DNA of 51,120 bases from Octopus bimaculoides (lineage: Eukaryota): positions 119,473,770 through 119,524,889 of the forward strand of contig NC_068981.1 of assembly GCF_001194135.2 (NCBI RefSeq), given 5' to 3'. The first letter of the stretch is position 1. Each line of letters opens with the position of its first letter. The translations under genes were made by a program, and so were the position numbers. A model generated the notes under the pieces. It saw only the letters and a list, made by a program, of their open reading frames with translations, ran no database searches and was not told the DNA's origin. Positions 26,287-38,126 of this stretch are shown in pieces.

Positions 26287-27408
26287 GGACTTTGAAGTTT
26301 AAAGACCCTTCATGTAATCAGGGATTTAGGGACATTTGATGAGGAGTAGGAGCTACAGATTTGTGACAGAGAAGGCAACTGCGAATTCCTGTGGGACAGC
26401 CTGCTGAGTGTTACAGACCAAATCTGCAGCTGGTGCAAAGTCCCATCCAAACCTCGGGTAATGTGGTAGTGGAACAATGTGGTAGACAGGGCCATTAGAG
26501 AAAAAGAAAAAAACTGACCTGTAGGGCCTGGAAGAGTTGGGGTAGTAGGGAATGTAGCAGACAGCCAGAAGGGAATCTAGGACAGGGGTTTTCAAACTTT
26601 TTGACTTGCGGACCTCTTTATATTTCAGGCTTTACCTTATAAACGCTTATGAAATTTATACATAAATATTTGCTTAAAATAACATATTTTTACATTTATT
26701 TATTTAACAGTATTTAACAAATAGGTTTATTGTCAATTAAAAGATTTAGATTAAAAAACATATATAAAATCAAATTGCCCATAAAAAGTATTTGCTGTCC
26801 ACGGACCCCCTGTCTTGTCCTTGCGGACCCCCTGTGGTCCGCGGACCACAGTTTGAAAACCCCTGATCTAGGATACAAGTATATTTAGCTAAGGGAAAAG
26901 CAGAAAAGAAGTTTGCCTGTGTTCAGCGACACGCAGACCAAAGAACCGAAGTGTTTTGGATTGCAAGACAGTTTGTGAGAGAAAATTGTGATGTAATAGA
27001 GAAATGTGTTCACATGGATGATGGTGCACTTGCATTTAATGACTCTGCAAAGAAAGAGGCTTGGAAATGCCATTATGAAAGACTGCTGAACATGGAGAAT
27101 GAATGAGAGGAGGAGAGTCTGCCAAATGCCGACCTAATTGAGGGACCAGCTACCCGAATTGACAGTTCCTTGGTAGATAAAGCAATTAAGGATATAAAGA
27201 TGGGGGAAGCTCCCCCTTTGGCCCATCAGGAATCACTGCTGAGATGCTTAAAATATCTGGTGGTATGGGTTATGGTTTAATCAGCCATATTGTAAATTAG
27301 GTGGTTCGCGAAGGAGTCATACCCAATGACTGGTGTAGCAGCACCACAGTCAACTGCTACAAAGGTAAAGGTGATGTTTTAGATAGAAATAATTACAGAG
27401 TTATCAAG
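26287..27408 (+). mobile_element. RTE-clade LINE fragment (linker to start of RT), interrupted by a hAT MITE
   Basis: Decayed translation: ...KVPSKPRV.W.WNNVVDRAIREK... then ...KKEAWKCHYERLLNMENE...KAIKDIK.G.A.GPSGITAEMLK...IPNDW..STTVNCYKGKGDVLDRNNYR. Confidence 0.88.
26583..26865. mobile_element. hAT-Charlie MITE, 283 bp, with perfect TIRs and an 8-bp TSD
   Basis: TIRs CAGGGGTTTTCAAACT and AGTTTGAAAACCCCTG are a perfect 16-bp pair. TSD ATCTAGGA lies at 26575-26582 and 26866-26873. Confidence 0.95.
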
Positions 27409-28910
27409 TGTTATCCAGTCTTGTGTAGTTTTTTCATGTATTTAGATTAAACCAAATCTTGAAAGTGGTAAACTTGTACTATACCTGTAATGCTGGAACC
27501 AAGTCTTCACCTAGACAGTCATATTAAGAGTATGAATTAAGATTTAAGTCTCAGTTAATAAAATAAGCAGATTCATTATGAAGTGCTTAAAGAATTGTGA
27601 ATGTATTAAAATAATGACCATCTCCTCACTTAGATGGTATATCACTTACAATATAAGTGATACAAGCCACACGATTTCCTTTTGATCCCCTTCTGCATGG
27701 ATGTAGAATATCTATCACATTAGCCTAATGTGGTAGGCACTTTATAGCCATGGAGGAAGGGATCAGTACTGACAGATGTTCATTTGTCTTTTGGTCTTTT
27801 ATGATTACAGTACCAGAAACATTGTGTTCCTTTTTTATTCAAAGGATTTTGTGACTCACAAGATATAATTCTACCATTCACATTGCAGAAACTTTTTGTA
27901 TTGAAGATTCTGTTCTTTCAAGCTAGGATAATCACATAATAATTGCAAATGTTAGTTGTCTTAATGAATGAAGTTTATGTTTGTTACAGTGATGTTCCTC
28001 ACTATATTAACAAAAACAAAAAGAAAACCCCGCTTTATATTTTCACCATATCATAAGGACATTAGTATTGAATAACTAAGGTTACTAATTTGATTGATTA
28101 AATCCACTACAACTGACTTCAGTTATTAATCTTATTAGAATCAACTTGTGATGTATGACAACAATTGTTAGTATTTTATAATAATTAAGCAGAGTACTTA
28201 AGAATAAGGATTGACTGAGAGTATTGACCAACATTGTTAGCATTGTTTGTGTTTATATACTTTTAAAAATTTGAAGCTAGTTATACTTTGGAGTAGTTGA
28301 TTCTATACCACTGGGCCACTTATGTTAATGGTTTGCTTAATTTTCAATTTAACTTTCTGGATAAATATTTTATTCACTCTTTAACCTATTAGCTGTTTAT
28401 ACTTGCATGTCACATGGTAAAGTGATGACATTTGGTAACAAATTTCTTTCATTGTTTTAGCATAAATATATTGTATATAAAACTTACATAGGAAATAGAT
28501 ATATTAAGCTGGATAAAATTGGATGAATTACTAGGTCTGTTTTTATCTGGATTCTTGTGGATGATTTTTAATATTGTTGATCTTATTTTTACTTGGCCAT
28601 TTTGTTTTCATATGGAATGCATGAATTTATCCCCAAAGAATATATATTTTCATCAAGCATAAAAAGACCTGCTTAAATATACCAGTTTTTTTATATTTTA
28701 GGTACTATATTTATGTTTCCACTTAAGCATTGAAAATTTTTATATGATCAACTTGTCCAATTCCATCTTAGTAAAATAAGGAACCTAGATTTTGATCATT
28801 ATTCTAGATTTGAAAAAAATAATAAATTTAGTTTTATGATTTGGGGAAAGTCTTGATTTGAACAGCTCTCTAATTTAGGTAATTCAGCAAATATTTTTGA
28901 GTCAGCTTCT

Positions 28911-29133
28911 TTAATCCTTGAGCATTTAAACTGGCCATATCCTACCCAAATATGCTACCTGTTCTTTTTTCCTTAACCAGTTGGATCTAGCCTATCACAT
29001 CTACCCTTCAGTACCATTCTAAAAATACACAATCACATCATCAAAATTTCAAAGCTATGGTATGATTAATTAAAAGCAATGTGAATGAAAAAGCATTACA
29101 TTTGGCAGAGTAAACTGAATGTTAAAGGGTTAA
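28911..29133. mobile_element. TTAA-flanked (piggyBac-like) MITE, about 220 bp
   Basis: Ends ttaatccttgagcatt and aatgttaaagggttaa are degenerate inverted termini with TTAA. The body is homologous to the 36255-36667 copies. Confidence 0.7.
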
Positions 29134-29998
29134 GAGTTGTTTGAATTCATCTCTTTTCCTTTTTCTTGACTACGACTTACTGTGCACAACATTTTGTGTG
29201 TGTATCTGTTTATATTTTGTCTACCACCTTTTGAATTTTTGTCTACGTGTTGTAACCTCCTCACGTTGTCTAACTGTCCCTCTTTTATTCCTCTCGTTCC
29301 ATTTATGCTAGTTTACTATCAATACATAAGTAATGTCTGCAAAACTAATAAGGGATATTTGGGATTTCAATTAAGTCATTAGTGTATATAAAAAAGTTGT
29401 AATAGTATTAGTATTTATCTCTGGAGGATTCTTAGGGTTTTTTTAAAAATTATAAGTTAGAAAATGTCATTGCATTTTATTGCAAACCTATCAAGGAGGG
29501 AACTTGTATAAAAATTTAGGCATGTGTTGCACTTTCCTACTTTATATATTTATTTTTTTAAAAGTAATTAAAATGAACTCCTTGGTCAAATCAGCAAATA
29601 CTCTGGTGCTGATAATTTTTGTATATAATTGTGTGTGCAGTTTATTCACTAGCTTATTAACTGTATATTCTGGTGATAGTCTGGTTTAGAAACCAAATTG
29701 ATTATTGGATATTGTCATTATGAAATCATTTAACCTACATGTGATTAAGTTCTTCACTATTTTTACAAATAGCAGAAATATGAGTCTATAATTTTTTATA
29801 TTGCTTACGAGTCTATAAAACTTTGTATTGTTCTATTTTGTATATTGCAATTTTTATTACATATCCTATTGACATGGGAGAAAAAATATCAATTTGTATT
29901 GCAAGCTTGAAATTAATTGTGAATGATGTTAACCTTTTATTGCTATCACCTTTTTCTGTGTGTGCGTGTGTTTTTCTTCTCTCTTTCTCTCTCTCTCA

Positions 29999-30042
<44 letters not shown>

Positions 30043-31489
30043 TTTTTTTTTTTTCTTAGCCTCTTTTTAAAGAGATTTTAGTGTAGCTTTTACCTCTAAG
30101 CCACGTAAGTTAAAAGAAATTCATTTCTGTTATGGAAATGAGTCATCGATACAGTTTTTAATTTTTGAAATACAGTAATTCCTTGATATACAAGTTAATT
30201 TATTCCTGCAGACCACTTGTAAAGCAGAGCAATAATTTCCCATAGTAGCAATAATTTCCCATAAGTCGTAATTTGTTCCCAGAAAAATATTTTATCTATA
30301 AAATTTATAATACTTGTAAATAAATGGCAATGAAACAGTAGAATGTAATGAATATATTTTATGTAAGTAAAATGAATGTCAAGATCATTTATAATAATAA
30401 ATATTATTATAATCATTTTCTGAATCACTTTCATTAGACATGCACACACCAGAAGCTTTTTATCACTCTATATAAATTTCTTGGTAACCTGCAGAAGCAT
30501 TTGTTATGGTAGTACTTCATTCAAAATTTGGACATTGTGCTTGATAAATTTCAGCTTACCATACATAAGTGAGCTGCAAAATAAAACGAAGATGAGTTCG
30601 TTTTTTTCTTTTTTTTTTTTTAAAGTTGAATCTGGGCATTTTTATTTAGGTATGGAAAAAAGTCCTTGTTTGTGAGTTCATATCTTTAGTTCTTAATGGT
30701 TTGAATAGGGTTATAATAACCAGAGGATTAATTGTGTAGACAAGAGAAAATATTACATACAGAAGAATCAAATTCATTTCCAGAAGGTAATTTATCAATC
30801 TTGATAATGAAGTTGGTAATATTTTCAAGTCCTTTGATTATGCAAAGATATTAAGTTTATTGGTAAATATTCCTTAGCAAAGAATATCTCAAATATCCCA
30901 GTTGTGCACAAGCCACACAATGTTTTAAATTTCCTTTTAAAGTTTCATTTCATTTGGAAAAGAATATTCTCCAATTTCCATATACTCCAATAGTAAAGAC
31001 ATGTCTGGGTTCCTGAAAGAGCAGGTAGAGTACTTTAATTTTACAATTGCTAACAGTATATCTAATATAAACTTTGCTATATGATAAGTACATGTTTTTT
31101 TTTTTTTTTTTTTTACAGTGCATTCATATACTTTTCTTAGCTAAACAATTAGCATCTAAGAGACACTTGGTGGAATTAGTGAAATTACAATTAAATGTAA
31201 TATTCACACTAGAATATATTTTAGCCAAGTTAGAAGCTAAGTAGAATATAATTGAATAGGATAATGAAATGGTATTGTTAGTAAAGATTTGATAGTATCT
31301 TATGTTGTATGGGGAAATTTTTTCTGACACTAGCAAATAGTTTTGCAAAAGGATTAGTGACTTCTAAATTATAAGGATTATACTAGCAGATATGTTTGTC
31401 TATTTCTCTCAGGAGTAGAGATGTATTGAATCTTAGCAGTGTAATCTGTTCTTGCTTAGATCTCATTGTAATACAAAAGATGATCACTT

Positions 31490-31678
31490 GTGCTGGTGAC
31501 ATGTAAAAGGCTCCCGGTATACTCTGTGGAGTGGTTGGTGTTAGGAAGGGTATCCAACTATAAAAGCCATGCCAAAACAGACTGGAGCTTGGTGCATCTC
31601 TATGGCTTAGCAGTTCCAATTAAACTGTCTAACCCATGCCACATGGAAAACTGACACTAGATGATGATGATGATGATC
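31490..31678 (+). mobile_element. RTE-related SINE or LINE 3' segment ending in (GAT)n, nested in the Penelope fossil
   Basis: ggttggtgttaggaagggtatcc...cccatgccacatggaaaactgacactagatgatgatgatgat. Related pieces occur at about 4420-4710, 21380-21420 and 24272. Confidence 0.6.
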
Positions 31679-31775
31679 TTTTAGAATATCATTTATGTTG
31701 AAGTGTTGGACAGTTTAAATAATATTTCAAACTATATCTCTAGTTATATATTTTGGGTAGTTAGGTAGTTTATTT

Positions 31776-32720
31776 ATCCATCCATCCATCTGAATCTGGG
31801 TTTTGTCCCTGTTAATGAAGATGGCAGGATCTACCTCACTGCCATAGCAACTGCCCTGACACCATCTTGCCATCTTGCCTAGTTTTGGGTGTTCTCCCTT
31901 CTCAAGCTAACCCTCCCAATCTCCTCCTTCACCTATCCCTTCCATATTTTCCTCGGTCTACCTAGCTTTCGCTGTCCATTCACTTCAAACTCTAGCACCC
32001 TCTTCAGAATATGCTCCTCAACACATGCCCATAGATCAGTACCACCATACTTAATGCCCAACCATCTGGCATTCCTCTTCCATCCAGCACACCCTGGAAG
32101 AGCTCTATCATCACAACAATCTCTATCTCTCCGTTTGCAGTTATCATTTCCACACTTACTTCTGATGGACCAGCTGCCTTTCTGTTTTCATTTCCTTCAT
32201 TGGCTCCATTACTTCTTCCCAACTAACCCTCTCCACTGGCCCCTTTACCACAGCAACTTCCACCCTCTGATCTCATTCATTCTCCTTATTCATAATTCCC
32301 TCCATATGCTCCTTCCAAACTCTTCCCCCGTCCTTCTCACTAAAATTCAACCTTCCATCACTCCCCCTCATGCATCTTCCTCCCACAACATCTCTTCTAT
32401 CTGGGTTCTCATCCAGCCCGCTCAACCTCTCCTCAGCCTCCTTCCTCATAGATCTTGCAGCCACCCTCTTTGCAGAATTCTTCATGTTATTATACCTGGC
32501 TTTCATTTACTCAGTCCTAGCTGGAGCCCATTCTACTTTGCTATTATCATGAGTTTTTTTTGTAGCTGGATTTTCTATGGGAAGCATGCCCTTGCTTACC
32601 CCCAACCTCAGTTTCTAGACATGAGTGGTCTCGAGACCAAGGCCTCTACCACGATTTTTAAGAAATCTGGTGGAAAACTAGCTCAGGAAGGCAGGGACGC
32701 TACTCCCTGAGACCCCTTTC
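31776..32720 (-). mobile_element. Internally deleted RTE-clade LINE with an intact 3' end and (GGAT)n tail
   Basis: Minus strand: ...GGRCMRGSDGRLNFSEKDGGRVWKEHMEGIMNKENE...KAAGPSEVSVEM...MPDGWALSMVVLIY is fused directly to GHVLR...VNGQRKLGRPRKIWK, followed by a short 3' UTR and GGAT repeats at 31776-31790. Confidence 0.85.
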
Positions 32721-34299
32721 ATATTTGTTTTGGAGCTAATATATGACTAAACCATTTTAGAGGTTAAGGGTTATATTTAAAAACTTAGCTATTGTAGCCT
32801 TAGTATCTTAAGTGATGTTTTACCCAAATTCTTAATTGTGAATTAGTTTGAAAAAATTTATAATCAATCATTGCTGTATGAAAATTTCTGAGTTGGAATA
32901 GCAGTTATAGCCTGATTAGGTCTGTAACTTTGGCCAAGTCACTTGTATCCATACCCAGATCAAGAGGTGTCTTTGATACTTTCTTGATCCAAAGTTATTT
33001 ACCAAATTAGAAAATGATTTTCTTTACTGTAAGATATTAGTCCTGTACTTCTCAATGTTAGTAATGAGTTTGAATTTAGTGATTTTTATTAAAGATTCAC
33101 AATGCATTATAATCTTTAACATTAAATTTCGTAAACCTTGTATTTAGTTTATTAGGAATGCTGTTAAACAAGTTAGTCAATGCCTGTGTATTTTCCCAAA
33201 GATCTAATTGGGCTCTTTAGGTAAAATCCTATCTAGGAAGGATTTACTGATTTACTCCATAACTGTTTTGGTGGGGTTAATCATAAATAGAGGGGTTCCT
33301 ATTAAAGTCTTCTTTATCCTCATAAGGTTAATCAGGCCTTGAGGTTCGGTTTGGTTCTGTTTATGAAGGCTTGTTAATGTTTATCAATGTTAATTACATT
33401 GAGTTTCTCTCTGTTATATAATATAAACAATTCTTGATAAAAGAAGTGAGTACAAAGCAATGATAGTATGTAGCTTTATCAGTGGAGTATAAGGTACGTT
33501 TTATCTGAATGGATTTTAATGTCATTTAGATTTATTAAATAGATTTTCAAATATCCCTTATTTTCTTTCTGAGTTCTTGTTAGAAGAGATCCAAGTGCTA
33601 GAATTTGTGAGTGGTAAAATGGTATTACTGCTCATTATGTTTAAATGATTTTGAGCTTCCTGTAAATCTTATTTAATTTCATTCATAAAAGTTTATAATT
33701 TGCCTTATTGTTATTTATTTATTTATTTATTTATTTTTGCGAGACTCTTGTAATAATTCTGCTTGTTCCTCCATTATTTAGTCTCTGTAATGCTTCCACA
33801 TGATTTGTTGATGGGGGTGAGGGAGTGGAAGAGGGGAGCATAAGGGAGAGGTGGTGGTGAGTGAAATGTGTAATTTTTTTTTAACTAAGTCTTTTTCTTG
33901 TTTACCCTGTCTGTAATGCTTTCACATGATTAGTTGAAGAGACAGATGGAAAGGGAAGGAGAAAAAGAGGATAAGGTGAAGAGTGAGAGTGCTGTGTATT
34001 AAGTCTATAAAATTGTGCATAAGGTATATAAAGTGTGTATATAAAGTGCATTATGTAATCATTGTATTCCAATTTCCTTCACTTTTCAATGATTTGCAGA
34101 TGAGCGACTATCTTTTGATTAGAGACATATCACGGGTTATGCTTTCAAGTTTTTTGGATAAAATTTTCAGAAATAAGCCGATAGGCCTACCATTAATCCT
34201 GTGAAATATTCACAGGTCCTGCTAGTATATCTAAATGGCCTATCAAGTATTAGAGAAATAATGAGATATTTTGATATTTTCCTTCCATTTTTTTATCAG

Positions 34300-34426
34300 G
34301 GAAGATGTGCATACGGGAAGAGAATATGTATACCAGGACATTAAATTTGAACAGGCATGCATATTATATAACATTGGCGCCTTGCATTCCATCCTCGGAG
34401 CTGCTGACACACGAACAACTGCAGAA
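34300..34426 (+). CDS. PTPN23: PTPN23 coding exon 4 ((W)EDVHTGREYVYQDIKFEQACILYNIGALHSILGAADTRTTAE)
   Basis: ttttatcag acceptor, 127 nt, GAA|GTAAGT donor. Contains the hallmark BRO1 motif EQACILYNIGALHS. Frame joins exon 3 (TG+G = Trp). Confidence 0.97.
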
Positions 34427-35007
34427 GTAAGTAATGTGTTAGTACTGTATACTGTCGGTATTATTTAAATTTTTTTTTCTTTGCAGTTACCATTGATATG
34501 GTCCTTTTAGCTATAGAAACTTCTAGTTCTTGAAGACTACTTTTCTCAAATTTTGTCAATCTCCCCCCCCCCCCCCAAAAGGTGTATTTTAAACCCGAGA
34601 AATTCATGTGAAGGAGTTTCCAGCAATAGAGATATATTTTGTTTTCCATCTAATATAATATATATAAGGTGGTTTGAATTACAGGAAATTGTATGTTCCA
34701 CTCCTTAATGCAAAGTTACTCCATATAAATTGCTTAGTGCAAAAATTAGTTTTATTCTTCTGTCTCCCATTCATCAGTTTACCCCATTTCTTTTTTTAGC
34801 CCCTTGCTTGTCCAAAGCATTTTCATAAGTTTGTCCTAAATGGCCAAGCTTGTTTTCACACTTTTAGTGTGTGTGTGTGTGCGTGTATAGTTTAAAAATA
34901 TTTGACTTTGTTAATATAAACAAATACATTTTATTTTCTCTTGCCTCTTTTTTTTTCTTTTCTATTTTGATAACAAAATCCTATTTTTCTCTTTTCCCTC
35001 TCTATAG

Positions 35008-35136
35008 GGTATGAAAGTATCCTGTACCCACTTTCAGTGTGCTGCTTGGGCATTTGAATACCTAAGAGATTATTACACAGCCTACAGTCAAGACCTCTCA
35101 AGAGAAATGATGTCTTTCCATGTAAACTTAATGCTT
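35008..35136 (+). CDS. PTPN23: PTPN23 coding exon 5 (GMKVSCTHFQCAAWAFEYLRDYYTAYSQDLSREMMSFHVNLML)
   Basis: Long pyrimidine tract plus tag acceptor, 129 nt, CTT|GTAAGT donor. GMKVSCTHFQCAA matches human HD-PTP as I recall it. Confidence 0.97.
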
Positions 35137-35483
35137 GTAAGTAACTAACAATATATTTAAGAATTGTTCAAGGTTTACTGCTGATTTTTGCTTCCTCCTT
35201 TTAACCTTATCGTCCAGAATTCCAGTACCAACAATTTTTGATTATTCCATTCTGCCATCTACTTCTGTTTATTTCTATTATTTACATGCATGCACAAACA
35301 CATACACACCCCAACCTCCGAAAGGGGGTCAGTGTTTAGAGGGTTCATCATTTAGTTGAATTTCTATAATCAATTCCTTATTGGTCTAAATTTTATTAGT
35401 GAAATCTTTTTTCTTTCAATGCAATATGTAATAGTTTTGAAGATTTTGTCATTGTAGTAGCAATTATTGAAAAAAAAAATTAG

Positions 35484-35859
35484 AAGCCAATGCATGGCTA
35501 TGTGGTAAGGAGTTTGATTCTCGACCACATGGTTCCAGGTGCAGTACCACTGCATGGCACCTTCAGCAAGTTTATTCTACTACATCTTTGGGCCAACTAA
35601 AGCCTTGTCAGTGGATCTGGAAGCTGAAAGTGTGTGTGTGTATGTGTGTGGTGTCTGTTTGCCCCTCCCCCACTGCATGACAATCAATGTTGGTGTGTTT
35701 ATGTCCATGTAACTTAGTGGTTCAGCAAAAGAGACCAGTAGAATCAATACCAGGTTTTACAAAAAAAAAATAGGTACTGGGGTTGATTCATTTGACTAAA
35801 GATTTTTGAAGGCAGTGCTCCAGCATGGCTGCAGTCAAATGGTTGAAACAAATAAAAGG
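35484..35859 (+). mobile_element. SINE family A, decayed near full-length copy
   Basis: Collinear with the 15667-16039 copy. Confidence 0.8.
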
Positions 35860-36254
35860 TAAATTCAAAGTTGAACTCTAAAAACAGCAATCAACTTCAA
35901 GCATACAACTTATAACCTAAAGCCATTGAAAAGAGGATACCAGAATCACATTCTGGTGGGGAAAGCTGTATCTGAATATCTAATCCTGAGAAATGTTTTT
36001 CTTTTGTATTGGGAAGTGATGAGCCATGGAGATGTATATGAGATGTATATGGAGAAAGAAAATCAGTTGAATTCTTCCTTCATTTAAAAAGATATATTTG
36101 TGTGTTTGTTGAAAGAGAAAAAGACTTATCAAATAAGAGGTTACTTTAGTGTTGAGGAGGTTGTCAGATGTAAGTTATGAAAATTTGGTCCATTTCAGTT
36201 CAAGAATGAAGATGGATGATTCCAGATGGTGGCTTGGTTTCCAATAATTGCATA

Positions 36255-36667
36255 TAACATTTAAATTGGCCATATTCAGCCTAAATCTTCTACTTGTTTT
36301 ATGTTCAAACCAACCAGATCTGACCTCTCATACTTATCCAACAATTTCATTCTAAAAATATACAGCCATATCATTGAAATCTCAAGCTACAAGATAATGT
36401 GTGATTAACTCAAAACAATGTGAATAAATAAGCAATAGATTTGAGAAATCTGGATGTTAAGGGGTTAAACTGGCCATATCCAACTCAAATATTATACCCA
36501 GTTTTATGTTAAAACTGGCAAGATTTGGCCTCTTATCCCTACTCTACAATGTCACTCTAAAAATAAGCTATCATACCATGAAATCTTGACACTATGAGGT
36601 AATGCATGATTGATTCAAAACATTAATAAATAAGCATTACATTTGGCAGAATAATCTGAATGCTAAG
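36255..36667. mobile_element. Head-to-tail dimer of the TTAA-type MITE
   Basis: Two units of about 200 bp, each starting aa(a/t)tggccata and ending atg(t/c)taag, joined at ggggttaa (36461-36468). Homologous to 28911-29133. Confidence 0.7.
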
Positions 36668-36796
36668 TAGTCAAGGAGTGTTCCAAGAAGCACTTCGAAT
36701 TTCCCAGCAATGATAGTCTGGCACAAGGCTGATAAGGAAATTAATGCTCAAACAGAAAATAAAATATGCCAAACTTTTGCCTTGAAAGTTTTGGGG

Positions 36797-36824
36797 TGCA
36801 CATACACACGTGCGCACATGAACG

Positions 36825-36859
<35 letters not shown>

Positions 36860-36862
36860 ACA

Positions 36863-36898
<36 letters not shown>
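36797..36898. repeat. Compound (CA)n(CT)n microsatellite
   Basis: Read directly. Similar microsatellites occur at about 1015-1090, 8810-8836, 14670-14795 and 29945-30040. Confidence 0.9.
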
Positions 36899-36901
<3 letters not shown>

Positions 36902-37146
36902 ATAATTAGTCTTTGGTGGACATCATTTTTTACTTCACTCCCATTGAGGATTGCCAACAGCCGCTTAAATAAATATGTCTAGATAATGATATGAAGCCTT
37001 GGTGTACATTTCATAGCATATTTACTAAAGTTGCCATTATATTTCATTTTACACACTTCCTTGCATGTATGTAATGTTCACATGTTTTTGTACATCAAAC
37101 TTTGAAGAAATAAACATCTTATATTTTTTCTCTGCTAATCTCTTAG

Positions 37147-37308
37147 GCCCAAGCTCAAGAATGTATTCTTGAGAAGTCAATGAGTGATAGTCGCAAGAGC
37201 ACAATTACAGCCAAAGTTGCAGCAGAGATTGTTGAGTATTACAAACTGGCATTAAAGAACGCAGCTATTGTTTATGATCAGGGAATTTTGGGTTCAAGTT
37301 TGTACAAG
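37147..37308 (+). CDS. PTPN23: PTPN23 coding exon 6 (AQAQECILEKSMSDSRKSTITAKVAAEIVEYYKLALKNAAIVYDQGILGSSLYK)
   Basis: tctcttag acceptor, 162 nt, AAG|GTCAGT donor. Contains the BRO1 motif AQAQECILEKS. Confidence 0.96.
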
Positions 37309-38126
37309 GTCAGTATAAAAATTTCCAAACTCCCATAAACCTTTTATTTCTTCTTTCACAGCTCAGTATTTTTTCAACTTTACACTTCTTTATCATTAAA
37401 AAAAAAATAACCAGGTTTGTCAGCCCTTCAGTAAAGTTTTAACAATCTTTGTCATTATTGATGGAATGAAGCCTCAAATGTGTGTGTGTGTGTGAGAAAG
37501 ATGTTTTGATTTTTTAGTTACATCCATTTTTGTATTCAAATTCTGCCCGAGTTGATTTTATATTTCTATTCAATAAAGTACTAGTAGTAAACTAATATAA
37601 AATTCGATCTGCTTTACTTTTTTTCCCTATAAGTTTGTGTTCTTATAACTGTTATGGAGAGCATCATAGTACAAAAATATTCCCAGCAAATTCAAGGCAT
37701 TATAAAATGCTATGAAATTGTTACTGCTGCTTCTGAGCCAAGTGCATTATAGTTGAAGGCTAACAGACAGCAATTTTTTGCTATAAATTTAGATATTTAA
37801 ACTTTGAATATTAAAGCTGAATGTTTTATCTAAATAAAACCATTTGATTCTCAGTGACTGACTTGTTTCTTGTCACAACAATTTGTTTAGTTAAATCTCT
37901 TAGCCAGAAGTCTCATCAGACCATGCCAATATGGAAAAAGTGGACATAAATAATAATTCAGTCTTAAATTGGCAAATATCATCATTGTTTTTAAGAAAAT
38001 CTAGAATAAATTGTATTTCTCTATTTTCATTTGATATGCATGTTAGAATATATATTGATGTCTTTTTGATCTGATGTACATGAATTCCTATTTGACCTTT
38101 TCTTTTTCTATTTCTTTCAACTGAAG

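Larger units (their letters stand above)
30750..33690 (-). mobile_element. Penelope-like element (RT plus GIY-YIG endonuclease), heavily decayed, with nested insertions at about 31490-31680 and 31776-32720
   Basis: Minus-strand motifs appear in the expected order: TDKATYY; KEDFNRNPSI.LINPTK...ISKSFLDRIL; FNSIPNKTK; FDLGMG...VTDLIGL; KFLNITLNL.NG; YNPYNLEV...RKNFPIQHK; IFTNNTISLSYS; CNFTNSTKCLLDANCLAK; KVYIRYT; KHCVAC. There are many stops and frameshifts, and boundaries are approximate. Confidence 0.75.

Noticed and set aside
28300-28900. Possible decayed reverse-transcriptase fragment on the minus strand
   Set aside because: Only vague motif resemblance. I could not follow collinear motifs.
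31889-32710. 273-aa + strand ORF (Leu/Pro/Ser/His-rich)
   Set aside because: It is the antisense shadow of the purine-rich RTE coding strand.
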